Shown here piece by piece: positions 9,891 to 20,341 of a DNA stretch of 58,165 bases. This DNA is from an uncultured Lutibacter sp. (lineage in GTDB: Bacteria; Bacteroidota; Bacteroidia; Flavobacteriales; Flavobacteriaceae): contig CAZBGP010000001.1 in assembly GCA_964491495.1 (NCBI GenBank), forward strand, positions 7,686-65,850. The letters run 5' to 3'. Position 1 is the stretch's first letter; every line of letters begins with the position of its first letter. A model generated the notes under the pieces. That model worked only from the letters and a program-made list of their open reading frames with translations, had not been told where the DNA came from and made no database searches. A program made the position numbers and the translations under genes.

Positions 9891-10389
9891 TATAGCATTA
9901 AATAATGTCATTCGCTTTGTAGGCCTTTTGTTTTTGCAGGTATTTATTTTAAATCATGTGAACATATTTGGTCACATAAATCCGATGGTTTACATTGCTT
10001 GGGTATTTTTATATCCGGTTAGAAAAACAAGGGGTTTGTTTTTGATTCTAAGTTTTTTGTTGGGAATTTCAATAGATTTTTTCTCGGATTCCGGAGGTGT
10101 CAATGCGTTTGCAATCACATTTATTGCCTATTTTAGACTTCCGATATTGATGGCTGTTTTAAGAAAATCGGATCTTGATTATGCGCAATTCAACTTAAAA
10201 ACACTTACGGTTAATAAAATTATTTTATTTATTTCCATACTAACAATTATTCATCATTTCATTATTTTTAGCTTGGAATATTTTAGTTTTAGTGAATTCT
10301 TAAACATTATTTCAAGCACCATTTTAACAAGTATTTTTACAATACTTATAAGTTTTTTGGGATTTACCTTATTTACCAAAAAGAAGTAG
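9883..10389 (+). CDS. mreD: Rod shape-determining protein MreD
   Basis: 168-aa polytopic membrane protein overlapping the end of mreC. Confidence 0.88.
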   Translation: MNNIALNNVIRFVGLLFLQVFILNHVNIFGHINPMVYIAWVFLYPVRKTRGLFLILSFLLGISIDFFSDSGGVNAFAITFIAYFRLPILMAVLRKSDLDYAQFNLKTLTVNKIILFISILTIIHHFIIFSLEYFSFSEFLNIISSTILTSIFTILISFLGFTLFTKKK

Positions 10390-10476
10390 AGGACACTTTT
10401 TACAAAATATTTATATATTTATAAGAATGAATATCAGCGTTGCATCGTATCTTTCACAATTAATAAAAATAATCAG

Positions 10477-12312
10477 ATGAAACGCACTGGCTTATTGTCT
10501 TTTTTAATTATTTTTATAGGAGTCGTATATATTGCGAGGTTGTTTTATTTGCAGGTTTTAAACAATTCTTTTAACACGCCAACACTTAATAATTCGGCAG
10601 TAAAGGTCATGTACGACTACCCGGAAAGAGGTTATATTTTCGACAGAAATGGGGTTTTGCTGGTTGCCAACCAATTGTCTTACGACATTATGGTTATTCC
10701 CAGCGAAGTTAAACCTTTAGACACCGTTGCCTTTTGTGCACTGCTTAAAATTACGAAAGAGGAGTTTATTGAAAAAATTGCGACGGCTTCACGCTATTCC
10801 ACCAGAATACCTTCTACCTTTTTGCAACAAGTTTCAAAAGACGATTACGCAACATTACAAGAAATATTGTATAAGTTTAAAGGATTTTATATTCAAAAAC
10901 GATCATTAAGAGAATACCCAAACAATTCTGCGGCAAATGTTTTGGGCTATATCAGTGAGGTGAACGAAGCTATGATCAACACCAATTCAAACTATCATTT
11001 GGGTGAATTAATTGGAACTGCTGGCGTAGAGAAATCTTATGAAGATGTGTTGAAAGGAACTAAAGGCGTTAAATTTATCCAGCGAGATCGATTTAATAAA
11101 GAAATAGGTTCCTTTAAAAATGGTTTGTATGATACGCTTCCAATTTCTGGAAATGACATTACGTTGACCATTGACGCGGTGCTGCAGCAATATGGCGAAG
11201 CTTTAATGGCAAATAAACGCGGTGGCATTGTTGCGATTGAACCTTCAACAGGAGAAATTTTGGCTATGGTGTCTATGCCAACATATGATCCAAATTTAAT
11301 GGTGGGCAGAGAGCGATCAAAAAATTTCACTAAATTCTATCTTGACAGTATAAGTAAGCCATTATTGGATAGAGGTTTACAGGCGCAATACCCGCCAGGT
11401 TCACCTTTTAAAGTTATTTCGGCTTTGGTTGCTTTGCAGGAAAATGTTATTAATACGGGAATGACCATCCAATGCTTTGGCGGCTATAAATATGGATCGG
11501 GTAAAAGTTCTTTTATGCGATGTCACTGCGAAACTGGGGGAAGTCCCGTTGCCTTAAATGTAGCTATTTATCGATCGTGCAATAGTTATTTTGCGAATGC
11601 TTACAGAAAAACGATTGATAAGTTCCCAACGCCAACACAAGGCGTAAATGTGTGGGCCAAGCATGCAGAAAGTTTTGGTCTGGGAAATTATTTAGACAAT
11701 GACTTATCTGTTGGGCAAAAAGGAAATATACCTAACGGTGATTTGTACAATAAAATTTATCCAAACGGAAGATGGCGCTCTACAGCAACCATCTCTAATG
11801 CAATTGGGCAAGGCGAGGTGTTAACTACGCCAATTCAATTGGCGAATATGACTGCGGCAATTGCGAACGAAGGGTTTTATTATATTCCTCATATTGCAAA
11901 AAAAATTAAAGGCAGACCGTTGGATAAAAAATTTACCACACCGATTTACACCACAATTGATAAAAAGCATTTCAAGCCAGTTATACAAGGTTTGTTTGAT
12001 GTTTTTGAAAACCCAAGAGGAACTGCCCGTGGATCTCGGGTAGAAGGACTCGAGATAAGCGGTAAAACCGGAACATCTGAAAACCCACATGGACAAGACC
12101 ATTCCATATTTATTGCTTTTGCGCCAAAAGAGAATCCGAAAATTGCCATTGCGGTTTTTGTTGAAAATGGCTATTGGGGCTCTCGATGGGCAGGCCCGAT
12201 TGCCACTTTAATGATCGAAAAATATTTAACGGGTAAAATTGGAAGGCCATTGGTTGAAGAAGAAATGATTAGCGGAAGTCTTCAGAAAGAATATGACAAA
12301 CAGTTAAAATAA
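10477..12312 (+). CDS. mrdA: Penicillin-binding protein 2
   Basis: RGYIFDRNG, SxxK (GSPFK), SxN (SCN), KTGT motifs; lies between mreD and rodA. Confidence 0.95.
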   Translation: MKRTGLLSFLIIFIGVVYIARLFYLQVLNNSFNTPTLNNSAVKVMYDYPERGYIFDRNGVLLVANQLSYDIMVIPSEVKPLDTVAFCALLKITKEEFIEKIATASRYSTRIPSTFLQQVSKDDYATLQEILYKFKGFYIQKRSLREYPNNSAANVLGYISEVNEAMINTNSNYHLGELIGTAGVEKSYEDVLKGTKGVKFIQRDRFNKEIGSFKNGLYDTLPISGNDITLTIDAVLQQYGEALMANKRGGIVAIEPSTGEILAMVSMPTYDPNLMVGRERSKNFTKFYLDSISKPLLDRGLQAQYPPGSPFKVISALVALQENVINTGMTIQCFGGYKYGSGKSSFMRCHCETGGSPVALNVAIYRSCNSYFANAYRKTIDKFPTPTQGVNVWAKHAESFGLGNYLDNDLSVGQKGNIPNGDLYNKIYPNGRWRSTATISNAIGQGEVLTTPIQLANMTAAIANEGFYYIPHIAKKIKGRPLDKKFTTPIYTTIDKKHFKPVIQGLFDVFENPRGTARGSRVEGLEISGKTGTSENPHGQDHSIFIAFAPKENPKIAIAVFVENGYWGSRWAGPIATLMIEKYLTGKIGRPLVEEEMISGSLQKEYDKQLK

Positions 12313-12322
12313 CCTATAAAAG

Positions 12323-13600
12323 TTGAGAAGCAGAAAAGACAATATATTTCACGGAATTGATTGGATCTTGGTCTTGTTTTATTTCGTTTTCATCTTTTTG
12401 GGGTGGATTAATATCTATGCTGCAACCATAAGTGAAAATAATTTCGATTTATTAAATTTTTCAACCGAGTACGGAAAGCAACTTATTTGGATGGCATTGA
12501 GCCTTCCTATTATTTTGCTTATTTTGTTATTTGAAGCCAAATTTTACGAGAAATATGCACCAGTTATTTACATAAGTTTTTTGGTGCTACTTGCTGGACT
12601 ATTTGTTCTAGGGAAAAACATTAACGGTTCAACCTCCTGGTACGCAATTGGCAGCTTTAGTCTTCAGCCCTCAGAATTTGCCAAAGCAGCAACAGCATTG
12701 GCAATAGCCAAATTGGTGAGTGATAAAATGTTTAACCTAAAAAAGTTAAGCACACAGGTTCAAGCCTTGCTACTCTTATTTTTCCCTGCAATTCTGATCA
12801 TATTGCAGCCCGATCCTGGTTCGGCATTGGTTTATGGCGCATTTATTTTTGTATTGTACAGAGAAGGATTGCCATTTTATTACATAACTGTCGGCTTTAT
12901 TGCCTTATTTTTATTTGTAATTACCCTTATTTTAGGCTTCGAAATAACACTTATAAGTTCTCTGGTTTTATTTAGTTGCATTCTTCTATATTTTATTTTT
13001 TATAGGCCAAGGGCTTTTAGAAAAGGATGGATCAAAATAATTGGTATTTATATTATGTCGGCCATGTTTATTTTTAGTGTTGATTTGGTTTTTAACCACG
13101 TTTTTAAACAACATCACAGAGATCGATTTAACATCATTCTTGGTAAAACTGTAGATATGAAAGGGGCTGGATACAATACCAACCAATCGGTTACCACAAT
13201 TGCTTCAGGAGGTTTTTTTGGCAAAGGATTTTTGGAAGGCGAACGAACTCAAGGGGATTTTGTTCCCGAACAAGATACAGATTATATATTTACGACTGTT
13301 GGTGAAGAGTGGGGATTTGTAGGCAGCGCCCTTGTCATCATTTTGTTTGTGGCCTTTTTACTTAGAATTATCGATAGGGCCGAACAGCAAAAGTCAAAAT
13401 TCAGCAGAATTTATGGGTATAGTATTGTTGCTATTTTTTTTATGCATTTCGTTATAAATATAGGAATGGTTATAGGATTGGTGCCAACTATTGGTATCCC
13501 ATTGCCCTTTTTTAGCTACGGTGGATCGGCACTTTGGGGATTTACAGTACTCCTTTTTATCTTTATCCGTCTTGATGCCAATAAAACTTATGAGTGGTAA
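12323..13600 (+). CDS. rodA: Rod shape-determining SEDS glycosyltransferase RodA
   Basis: LQPSEFAK, LQPDPGS, PEQDTDYIF, GIPLPFFSYGGS; TTG start. Confidence 0.95.
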   Translation: MRSRKDNIFHGIDWILVLFYFVFIFLGWINIYAATISENNFDLLNFSTEYGKQLIWMALSLPIILLILLFEAKFYEKYAPVIYISFLVLLAGLFVLGKNINGSTSWYAIGSFSLQPSEFAKAATALAIAKLVSDKMFNLKKLSTQVQALLLLFFPAILIILQPDPGSALVYGAFIFVLYREGLPFYYITVGFIALFLFVITLILGFEITLISSLVLFSCILLYFIFYRPRAFRKGWIKIIGIYIMSAMFIFSVDLVFNHVFKQHHRDRFNIILGKTVDMKGAGYNTNQSVTTIASGGFFGKGFLEGERTQGDFVPEQDTDYIFTTVGEEWGFVGSALVIILFVAFLLRIIDRAEQQKSKFSRIYGYSIVAIFFMHFVINIGMVIGLVPTIGIPLPFFSYGGSALWGFTVLLFIFIRLDANKTYEW

Positions 13601-13856
13601 TTACCGCTTGCTATAATTGCAAATCAATTTCTTCTTAAAATTATTCTGGTATGAATTGTTTTCGTTATTTCAAGAAATAAAAAATGGAATTTCAGGCATT
13701 ATAACAGTATAATTTATTTAGAAGCATCACATTTGGAAAAAAGGTAAAAGAAGTCATAGCTAGTATGCTTTAGAGAATGAGTGCGCCCTGTTTATGTGTT
13801 TTAGCAGCTCAATCTTGTGAGCCGATTGGTTCCATTAATCTAAATTTATTGCAAAC

Positions 13857-13887
13857 AAAAAAGCATCACCAAATGGGATGCTTTTTT
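13857..13887. terminator. Bidirectional intrinsic terminator after rpsT
   Basis: AAAAAAGCATC-accaaatgg-GATGCTTTTTT. Confidence 0.75.
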
Positions 13888-13907
13888 AAATTATAGGTTT
13901 AAAAATT

Positions 13908-14159
13908 TTATAAGGCAGCTACGTGCTTAGCCAATTTAGATTTTAAGTTACCCGCTTTATTTTTGTGGATAACATTTTTCTTTGCTAATTTATCAAGCAT
14001 TGAAACTACTTTTGGAAATAACGCTACAGCTTCTTCCTTTTCGGTTGCAGCACGTAAGTTTCTAACAGCATTACGAGTTGTTTTATGCTGATATTTATTT
14101 CTTAATTGCTTCGCGCGATTACTTCTGATTCTCTTTAATGCTGACTTGTGATTTGCCAT
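13908..14159 (-). CDS. rpsT: 30S ribosomal protein S20
   Basis: [12 protein letters not shown]...[13 protein letters not shown]. Confidence 0.98.
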   Translation of the reverse strand: MANHKSALKRIRSNRAKQLRNKYQHKTTRNAVRNLRAATEKEEAVALFPKVVSMLDKLAKKNVIHKNKAGNLKSKLAKHVAAL

Positions 14160-14182
14160 TTTTATTTTTTTTAACTTTTTTG

Positions 14183-14254
14183 TAGTCCGTAGGGGAATCG
14201 AACCCCTGTTACCAGGATGAAAACCTGGCGTCCTAACCCCTAGACGAACGGACC
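14183..14254 (-). tRNA. tRNA-Glu (anticodon TTC); CCA not encoded
   Basis: Reverse complement GGTCCGTTCGTCTAGGGGTTAGGACGCCAGGTTTTCATCCTGGTAACAGGGGTTCGATTCCCCTACGGACTA folds as a cloverleaf with a GTTCGA T-loop. Confidence 0.96.
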
Positions 14255-14296
14255 ATTATGTATTTATTAACAAACGTTATTTTGTCAATGCGGATG

Positions 14297-14304
14297 CAAA
14301 AATA
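14297..14304 (-). promoter_or_regulatory. -7 promoter element for tRNA-Glu-rpsT
   Basis: TATTTTTG on the minus strand. Confidence 0.6.
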
Positions 14305-14342
14305 CAACTATTTTCTACACCACAAAATATTTTTTTAAAAAA

Positions 14343-15821
14343 TTAGTAAGCTTTTGCAAATAATACTCTTTGGGCCGACTTTTCCCCAGTAAATACGCAC
14401 TTTCCTTCTTCAATTTTATTATTTAAAGGGATACATCTAATCGTTGCTTTTGTTAAATCTTTAATTTTTTCTTCGGTTTCAGAGGTGCCATCCCAATGTG
14501 CTGAAATAAAACCACCCTTAGTTTCCAACATTTCTTGAAATTCTTCGAATGAATCAACTTCGGTAATATGTGTTTCTCTATAATTTAGTGCTTTTTGATA
14601 TAAATTATCTTGAATTTCTTTCAATGTTTTTTCAACATATTCAACAACAGTATCTTGAGAAATATTTTGTTTTTCAAGGGTGTCTCTTCGTGCTATTTCC
14701 AAAGTGCCGTTTTCTAAGTCTTTTGGGCCCATCGCAATTCTCAAAGGCACACCTTTTAGTTCGTATTCTGCAAATTTCCAACCTGGTTTATAGGCCGTTC
14801 TGTCGTCATATTTTACGGAAATTCCTTTTTTACGCAATTCGGTAACAATTTCATTAATTCTTGCTGAAATAGCGTCTAATTGCTCATCAGTTTTGTGAAT
14901 TGGAATAATTACGACCTGAATAGGCGCAAGGTTTGGAGGTAAAACCAAGCCTAAATCATCGGAATGTGTCATAATTAAGGCGCCTATCAACCGAGTGGAA
15001 ACACCCCAAGATGTTGCCCAAACATATTCTTGTTTTCCTTCTTTTGATGTAAACTTTACATCAAAGGCTTTTGCGAAATTTTGGCCTAAAAAGTGAGATG
15101 TTCCTGCTTGTAACGCTTTTCCATCTTGCATTAATCCTTCAATGCAATAGGTTTCCAAAGCACCTGCAAATCGTTCACTTTCTGTTTTTAAGCCTTTTAT
15201 CACGGGCATTGCCATAAAATTCTCCGCAAAATTGCCATAAACATCCAAAATCAATTCGGCTTCTTTGATGGCTTCTGTTTCTAAAGCGTGTGCAGTATGG
15301 CCTTCTTGCCATAAAAATTCTGCGGTACGCAAAAATAAACGGGTACGCATTTCCCAGCGCACAACATTCGCCCATTGGTTAATTAAAAGCGGTAAATCGC
15401 GGTACGATTGAATCCATCCTTTATAGGTGCTCCAAATTATGGCCTCACTTGTTGGTCGAACAATTAATTCTTCCTCCAGTTTAGCATTTGGGTCAACCAT
15501 CAATTTTCCAGGCTTGTCTGGATCATTTTTTAAACGATAATGTGTTACAACGGCGCACTCTTTGGCGAATCCTTCGGCATTTTTCTCTTCAGCTTCAAAC
15601 ATACTTTTAGGAACAAAAAGTGGAAAGTAAGCATTTTCGTGGCCGGTTTCCTTAAACATTCTATCCAATTCTGCCTGCATTTTTTCCCAAATTGCATAGC
15701 CGTAAGGCTTTATAACCATACAGCCTCTAACTCCCGAATTTTCTGCTAAATTTGCTTTCACCACTAGCTCATTGTACCACTTGGAATAATCTGTTTCTCT
15801 CTTTGTTAAATTCTTGCTCAT
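14343..15821 (-). CDS. proS: Proline--tRNA ligase (archaeal/eukaryote-like type)
   Basis: [44 protein letters not shown]-terminal FAKAY; start at 15821, or at 15827 as in the ORF track. Confidence 0.97.
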   Translation of the reverse strand: MSKNLTKRETDYSKWYNELVVKANLAENSGVRGCMVIKPYGYAIWEKMQAELDRMFKETGHENAYFPLFVPKSMFEAEEKNAEGFAKECAVVTHYRLKNDPDKPGKLMVDPNAKLEEELIVRPTSEAIIWSTYKGWIQSYRDLPLLINQWANVVRWEMRTRLFLRTAEFLWQEGHTAHALETEAIKEAELILDVYGNFAENFMAMPVIKGLKTESERFAGALETYCIEGLMQDGKALQAGTSHFLGQNFAKAFDVKFTSKEGKQEYVWATSWGVSTRLIGALIMTHSDDLGLVLPPNLAPIQVVIIPIHKTDEQLDAISARINEIVTELRKKGISVKYDDRTAYKPGWKFAEYELKGVPLRIAMGPKDLENGTLEIARRDTLEKQNISQDTVVEYVEKTLKEIQDNLYQKALNYRETHITEVDSFEEFQEMLETKGGFISAHWDGTSETEEKIKDLTKATIRCIPLNNKIEEGKCVFTGEKSAQRVLFAKAY

Positions 15822-15832
15822 AATCAAAAGTT

Positions 15833-15847
15833 TGGCATAAATGTTGC
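15833..15847 (+). promoter_or_regulatory. Sigma-54 (-24/-12) promoter candidate for the lipoprotein-FadL operon
   Basis: TGGCATAAATGTTGC is GG-N10-GC with TGGCA and TTGC flanks, about 80 nt upstream of the ATG at 15927. Confidence 0.65.
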
Positions 15848-15877
15848 GCCTATTTTAATGAAAATTATTAATTTCGA

Positions 15878-15885
15878 CAAAATTA
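15878..15885 (-). promoter_or_regulatory. -7 promoter element for proS
   Basis: TAATTTTG on the minus strand. Confidence 0.55.
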
Positions 15886-15926
15886 GTTTTTTTTAAATAG
15901 TTCAACAATAAAAACCGTAACTGATT

Positions 15927-17144
15927 ATGAAAGCTTCAAAAATAATTAACCAAAAACACTTGCAAATAGGCATTTTAGTAGTACTGTTTGCTGGTTTAAA
16001 TTCTTGTGGGACCTATCAAAGTGCTTACAATGGTGACGATGACGGCATTTATGCTTCAAATAATCAAACCAGAAATGAAGTTGTGATTGTTGAAAATCAA
16101 TCTAATTTTGATCAGAATTACTTTTCAAAACAACTGGAAGATCTTCAAAATTTGAATCAAGAAGATACCTTTACGGAAATTGATGATTATTACTATGATG
16201 ATGCCACAGTTCAAGATGACCAGTTATATACAAATTATAATGAACCTTGGGGATATAGTGGTGATGTTGTAATTAATATCAACAGCGGTTACGGCTATAT
16301 GAGTCCTAATTATTATTGGTATAACCCATTTTACGAACCTTATTACAATTATTATCCATATTATTACAATCCTTGGAGATTTAACTATTTCAATCCTTAT
16401 TATTCTTATGGATATACTCCATACTATTATGGATACTATGGAAATTATTACAGTCCTTATGGTTCATATTATAACAATTATCCTAACAATTATGACAGGT
16501 ATGAAAGTTATGGAAAAAGAACAAGCCGAAATACAGGAATAAGGTCAGATAATTCAAATTTATCCACTATTAGCAGAAGAAGCAGTATACAAAACAATTC
16601 GGTACGAGGAAATGTGAACACATCGACCAGAAGGGCTACGGATGGAAATTTAAACAGAAACAACAATATCAACAGAAATAATAGTATTGACAGACAGCCA
16701 ACAAGATTAAACAATACTATTGACAGAGGCTCAAATACCATCCAAAGAGGCTCAAATAATAATACGATTCAAAGGTCTTCATCAACCAGAAGAAATTCGT
16801 CATATAATTTCTCACCGGTGAATGTGAACAGAGCGACATCGGTTAACCCAAATCCGAATGCGATAATTAGAGTGAATCCGAGTAATTCGACGAATCAAAA
16901 TTCAAGTGCCGCTCCAAATACTGTTAGAAGAGAAAACACGGGCAATAATGTTAGGACAGAAAATAGCACGAATACGGTTAGAAGAGAATCTAATACCAAT
17001 TCAAACAACAATTCCTATAACACAAGAAGTTCTGGAAATGATAATTCTTCGGTAAACAGAAGTTCAAATACCGAAAGTAGAAGCAGCTCATCGCAATCAT
17101 CTTCTTCAAATTCATCAACAAGAAGCAATTCAAGAAGAGATTAA
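15927..17144 (+). CDS. Hypothetical lipoprotein with Tyr-rich and Asn/Ser/Arg-rich low-complexity regions
   Basis: Lipobox LNSC, DDDGIY motif, Y/N/P-rich middle section, disordered C-terminal half. Confidence 0.8.
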   Translation: MKASKIINQKHLQIGILVVLFAGLNSCGTYQSAYNGDDDGIYASNNQTRNEVVIVENQSNFDQNYFSKQLEDLQNLNQEDTFTEIDDYYYDDATVQDDQLYTNYNEPWGYSGDVVININSGYGYMSPNYYWYNPFYEPYYNYYPYYYNPWRFNYFNPYYSYGYTPYYYGYYGNYYSPYGSYYNNYPNNYDRYESYGKRTSRNTGIRSDNSNLSTISRRSSIQNNSVRGNVNTSTRRATDGNLNRNNNINRNNSIDRQPTRLNNTIDRGSNTIQRGSNNNTIQRSSSTRRNSSYNFSPVNVNRATSVNPNPNAIIRVNPSNSTNQNSSAAPNTVRRENTGNNVRTENSTNTVRRESNTNSNNNSYNTRSSGNDNSSVNRSSNTESRSSSSQSSSSNSSTRSNSRRD

Positions 17145-17176
17145 TAAAAATTTTAGGTTTAAATAATTCGAAAATT

Positions 17177-18517
17177 ATGAAGAAATTATATTTAGCGGTA
17201 ACCTTGTTCTTCTTTGGTTATATTTTAAATGCACAAACATTGGGGTATAATGATTTGGGGGCATTATTTTCTAAAGAAAATATAAATGGTACCGCACGTT
17301 ACAATGCAATGAGCGGAGCTTTTGGCGCCTTGGGCGGTGATTTATCGGCTATGGAAATAAATCCTGCCGGAGCGGCTGTGTTTTTGAAAAGTGAATTTGC
17401 CATCTCATTTAACAACAGAAATACCAAAACTTTGGCTGGTTTTTATGGAAACAATACCCAATTTGAAAATGATTTCACAAATTTATCGCAAGCAGGTGGG
17501 GTGTTTGTTTTTAGAGGTTATAGCAATAACAGTGAATGGAGCAATATTGCTTTAGGATTTAACTACAGCATTGCCAACGATTTTGAAAATTTTTGGATTG
17601 CCGAAGGAAATAGCGGTTATGCACCGTTAACTGATTTTTATGATAATGATCCAGTTGTTTATGTAAATGCTGAAAATCAATATTTTGAAAATTTTACAGA
17701 TGGAAAAAATAGCAAATATTCATTTACGTTTGCCGCACAACACAATGACAACTTATATCTTGGTGCTGCGATAAACACCTATGATATAGAATATTTTCAA
17801 AGAACATTAACCGAGGAATATAACAATGACGGTGGCGGAAACACATTGGATGTGTCTTCCAAACAAGAATTATTAACTTATGGCAATGGCGTATCTTTTA
17901 ATTTTGGCGCAATTTTAAAACCAAGTGAAAATTTACGTTTGGGATTGGCATATCAATCACCTGTTTGGTATACGCTTTCTGAAGATTTTGTTGAATATGA
18001 CGAGGATGTTTATATGAATAATCTGCTGTTCACTACAGAATATTCAGGGATAAATGCATTTGATTACAAAGTAAGAACGCCAAGTAAAGTAACAGGAAGT
18101 TTTGCCTATATTTTTAGTAGCAACGGACTTGTGAGTGTTGATTACAGCTATAAAAACTATAGCAACATTAAATTAACCAATGCTGATTTTATTGATGAAA
18201 ATCAAGCATTTAAGTCGGATTTGGAAAGTGTGGGGGAATTGCGCATAGGAACAGAATGGAGATTTGATAATTTCTCGGTAAGAGGTGGTTACCACTATGA
18301 AAACAACCCATATAAAAGTGCTGTAAGTTCTGACAATATAGAAGGATATTCATTCGGTGCTGGTTATAAATTTAGAGGTGGAAAAATTGATTTGGCTTAC
18401 CAAAAATCAGGTAATACGGCGCCATATAATTTTTATCCGCAAAGCAATGATGTTGATTCAGCTGAGTTAGATTTTGATATTTCAACATTTACGGCAACAT
18501 TGGTATTGAATCTTTAA
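17177..18517 (+). CDS. OmpP1/FadL-family outer membrane beta-barrel
   Basis: Signal peptide, GTARYNAMSGAFGALGGDLSA..NPAG motif, amphipathic beta strands. Confidence 0.85.
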   Translation: MKKLYLAVTLFFFGYILNAQTLGYNDLGALFSKENINGTARYNAMSGAFGALGGDLSAMEINPAGAAVFLKSEFAISFNNRNTKTLAGFYGNNTQFENDFTNLSQAGGVFVFRGYSNNSEWSNIALGFNYSIANDFENFWIAEGNSGYAPLTDFYDNDPVVYVNAENQYFENFTDGKNSKYSFTFAAQHNDNLYLGAAINTYDIEYFQRTLTEEYNNDGGGNTLDVSSKQELLTYGNGVSFNFGAILKPSENLRLGLAYQSPVWYTLSEDFVEYDEDVYMNNLLFTTEYSGINAFDYKVRTPSKVTGSFAYIFSSNGLVSVDYSYKNYSNIKLTNADFIDENQAFKSDLESVGELRIGTEWRFDNFSVRGGYHYENNPYKSAVSSDNIEGYSFGAGYKFRGGKIDLAYQKSGNTAPYNFYPQSNDVDSAELDFDISTFTATLVLNL

Positions 18518-18538
18518 ACAACTAATTATAACACATTA

Positions 18539-18567
18539 TAAACGTCTCAACCTTGAGGCGTTTTTTT
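18539..18567 (+). terminator. Intrinsic terminator
   Basis: AAACGTCTCAA-cc-TTGAGGCGTTTTTTT. Confidence 0.75.
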
Positions 18568-18623
18568 ATTTTTAAGCAAGTACATGAATTATGTTTTATG
18601 TATTTTTGTACAAACTAAAAAAA

Positions 18624-19514
18624 ATGAAAAACAGCAATCTTAACATAGAAAAAACCAATATTCCAGCGATAATAAAACTTACTTCAAGTGATATTTTGGC
18701 AAGTGGCAGTCACCAATATAACAATATTGATGAAGCTAAAAATTCACCTTTAGCACAGCAATTATTCCATTTACCATTTGTAAAACGTGTTTATATCTCT
18801 GCAAATTTTATTGCGCTTGAGCGATTTCCAATTGTGGAATGGAGCGACGTGCAGGATGACGTGAAAGAACAAATTGAAAATTATCTGAATGCTGGCGGTG
18901 TAGTGGTTTCAGAAGAAACTGCACCTAAAAAAATTCCGGTTGAAGTGTATGCGGAATCAACACCAAATCCTTCAGTTTTAAAATTTGTAGCCAATATAAA
19001 ATTGGTGGAAAACGATTTGGAATTTAAAAACAGCACAGCAGCTAAAAATGCGCCTTTGGCTGATGAATTATTTAATTTTCCTTTTGTAAAGGAAGTTTTT
19101 ATTTCAGAAAATTATGTTTCTGTCACAAAAAATGATGTTGCGGAATGGAATGAAATAACTGTTGAAATAAGAAGTTTTATCAGACAGTTTATTGCCGATG
19201 GAAAAACAATTGCTTTGGCTACTGCAGTTCAACAAAAAGTTTCAGAAGTTTATATGCCTGATGTAGAACTTGATGATGTTTCCAAACAAATTATCGACAT
19301 TTTGGAAGAATATATAAAACCGGCTGTTGCTGCAGATGGCGGTAACATTATGTTTCGATCTTATGTAGAATCTTCAAAAACAGTAAATGTTATATTGCAA
19401 GGTGCTTGCAGCGGTTGTCCTTCTTCAACAATTACGCTAAAAAACGGAATTGAAAATATGTTGAAAGAACTAATTCCCGGAAAAATTAACGAAGTTGTGG
19501 CTGTTAACTCTTAA
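18624..19514 (+). CDS. NifU/Nfu-family Fe-S cluster carrier (two Nfu_N domains + CxxC domain)
   Basis: ESTPNPSVLKF, IKPAVAADGG, LQGACSGCPSS; start moved downstream of the TATTTTTG element at 18601-18608. Confidence 0.9.
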   Translation: MKNSNLNIEKTNIPAIIKLTSSDILASGSHQYNNIDEAKNSPLAQQLFHLPFVKRVYISANFIALERFPIVEWSDVQDDVKEQIENYLNAGGVVVSEETAPKKIPVEVYAESTPNPSVLKFVANIKLVENDLEFKNSTAAKNAPLADELFNFPFVKEVFISENYVSVTKNDVAEWNEITVEIRSFIRQFIADGKTIALATAVQQKVSEVYMPDVELDDVSKQIIDILEEYIKPAVAADGGNIMFRSYVESSKTVNVILQGACSGCPSSTITLKNGIENMLKELIPGKINEVVAVNS

Positions 19515-19520
19515 TTGGCC

Positions 19521-20249
19521 ATGGCAGAAAAAGTTACACCTTATAAAGATTCAGATCTTAGCAAAAAAGAGCAAGTCACTAAAATGTTTGATGCCATTTC
19601 CAATGAATACGATGGTTTAAATCGTGTTATTTCTTTTGGAATTGATGTAAAATGGCGCAATAAAGTTGTTGACATTGTTGGAAAAACAAATCCCGATTCA
19701 ATTTTGGACATTGCTACTGGAACAGGCGATTTGGCCATTAATTTAGCCAGAACAAAAGCTTCTAAAATTGTTGGTTTGGATATTTCTGACGGAATGCTCG
19801 AAGTAGGCCGAAAAAAGATTAAAAATCTTAAGTTAAACAATACCATTGAAATGGTGCTCGCTGATTCTGAAAATATGCCTTTTGAAGACAATTCTTTTGA
19901 TGCCATTACCGTAGCTTTTGGTGTTCGGAATTTTGAACATCTGGAAAAAGGATTGGCCGAAATATACCGGGTTTTAAATAAAGGCGGCATTTTTGTTGTT
20001 TTGGAAACATCAATACCAACCAAAACGCCTTTTAAACAAGGTTATCAGTTTTACGCCAAAAACATACTGCCTTTAATTGGGAAATTATTTTCAAAAGACA
20101 AAGTTGCTTATCAATATTTGTCTGATTCCGCAGCTTCCTTTCCATATGGACAGGCCTTCAACAATATTTTGCATAAAATTGGGTTTATAGGTATAGAAAA
20201 TAAACCGCAAACATTTGGTGTTGCATCAATTTATATTGCAAAAAAATAA
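19521..20249 (+). CDS. ubiE: Demethylmenaquinone methyltransferase (UbiE/MenG)
   Basis: [28 protein letters not shown]. Confidence 0.95.
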   Translation: MAEKVTPYKDSDLSKKEQVTKMFDAISNEYDGLNRVISFGIDVKWRNKVVDIVGKTNPDSILDIATGTGDLAINLARTKASKIVGLDISDGMLEVGRKKIKNLKLNNTIEMVLADSENMPFEDNSFDAITVAFGVRNFEHLEKGLAEIYRVLNKGGIFVVLETSIPTKTPFKQGYQFYAKNILPLIGKLFSKDKVAYQYLSDSAASFPYGQAFNNILHKIGFIGIENKPQTFGVASIYIAKK

Positions 20250-20341
20250 TATATGAATCGAGCCATAACAAATTTTGATACAAACATAAATGATTAATGG
20301 CGAACTGCATCTGTACCAATAAAAAAATAAAATTTAAACAG

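Noticed and set aside
16660-17000. Repeated sequence units that might suggest a CRISPR array or DNA repeat
   Set aside because: They are degenerate in-frame peptide repeats inside a low-complexity lipoprotein, with no constant repeat-spacer period and no cas genes.
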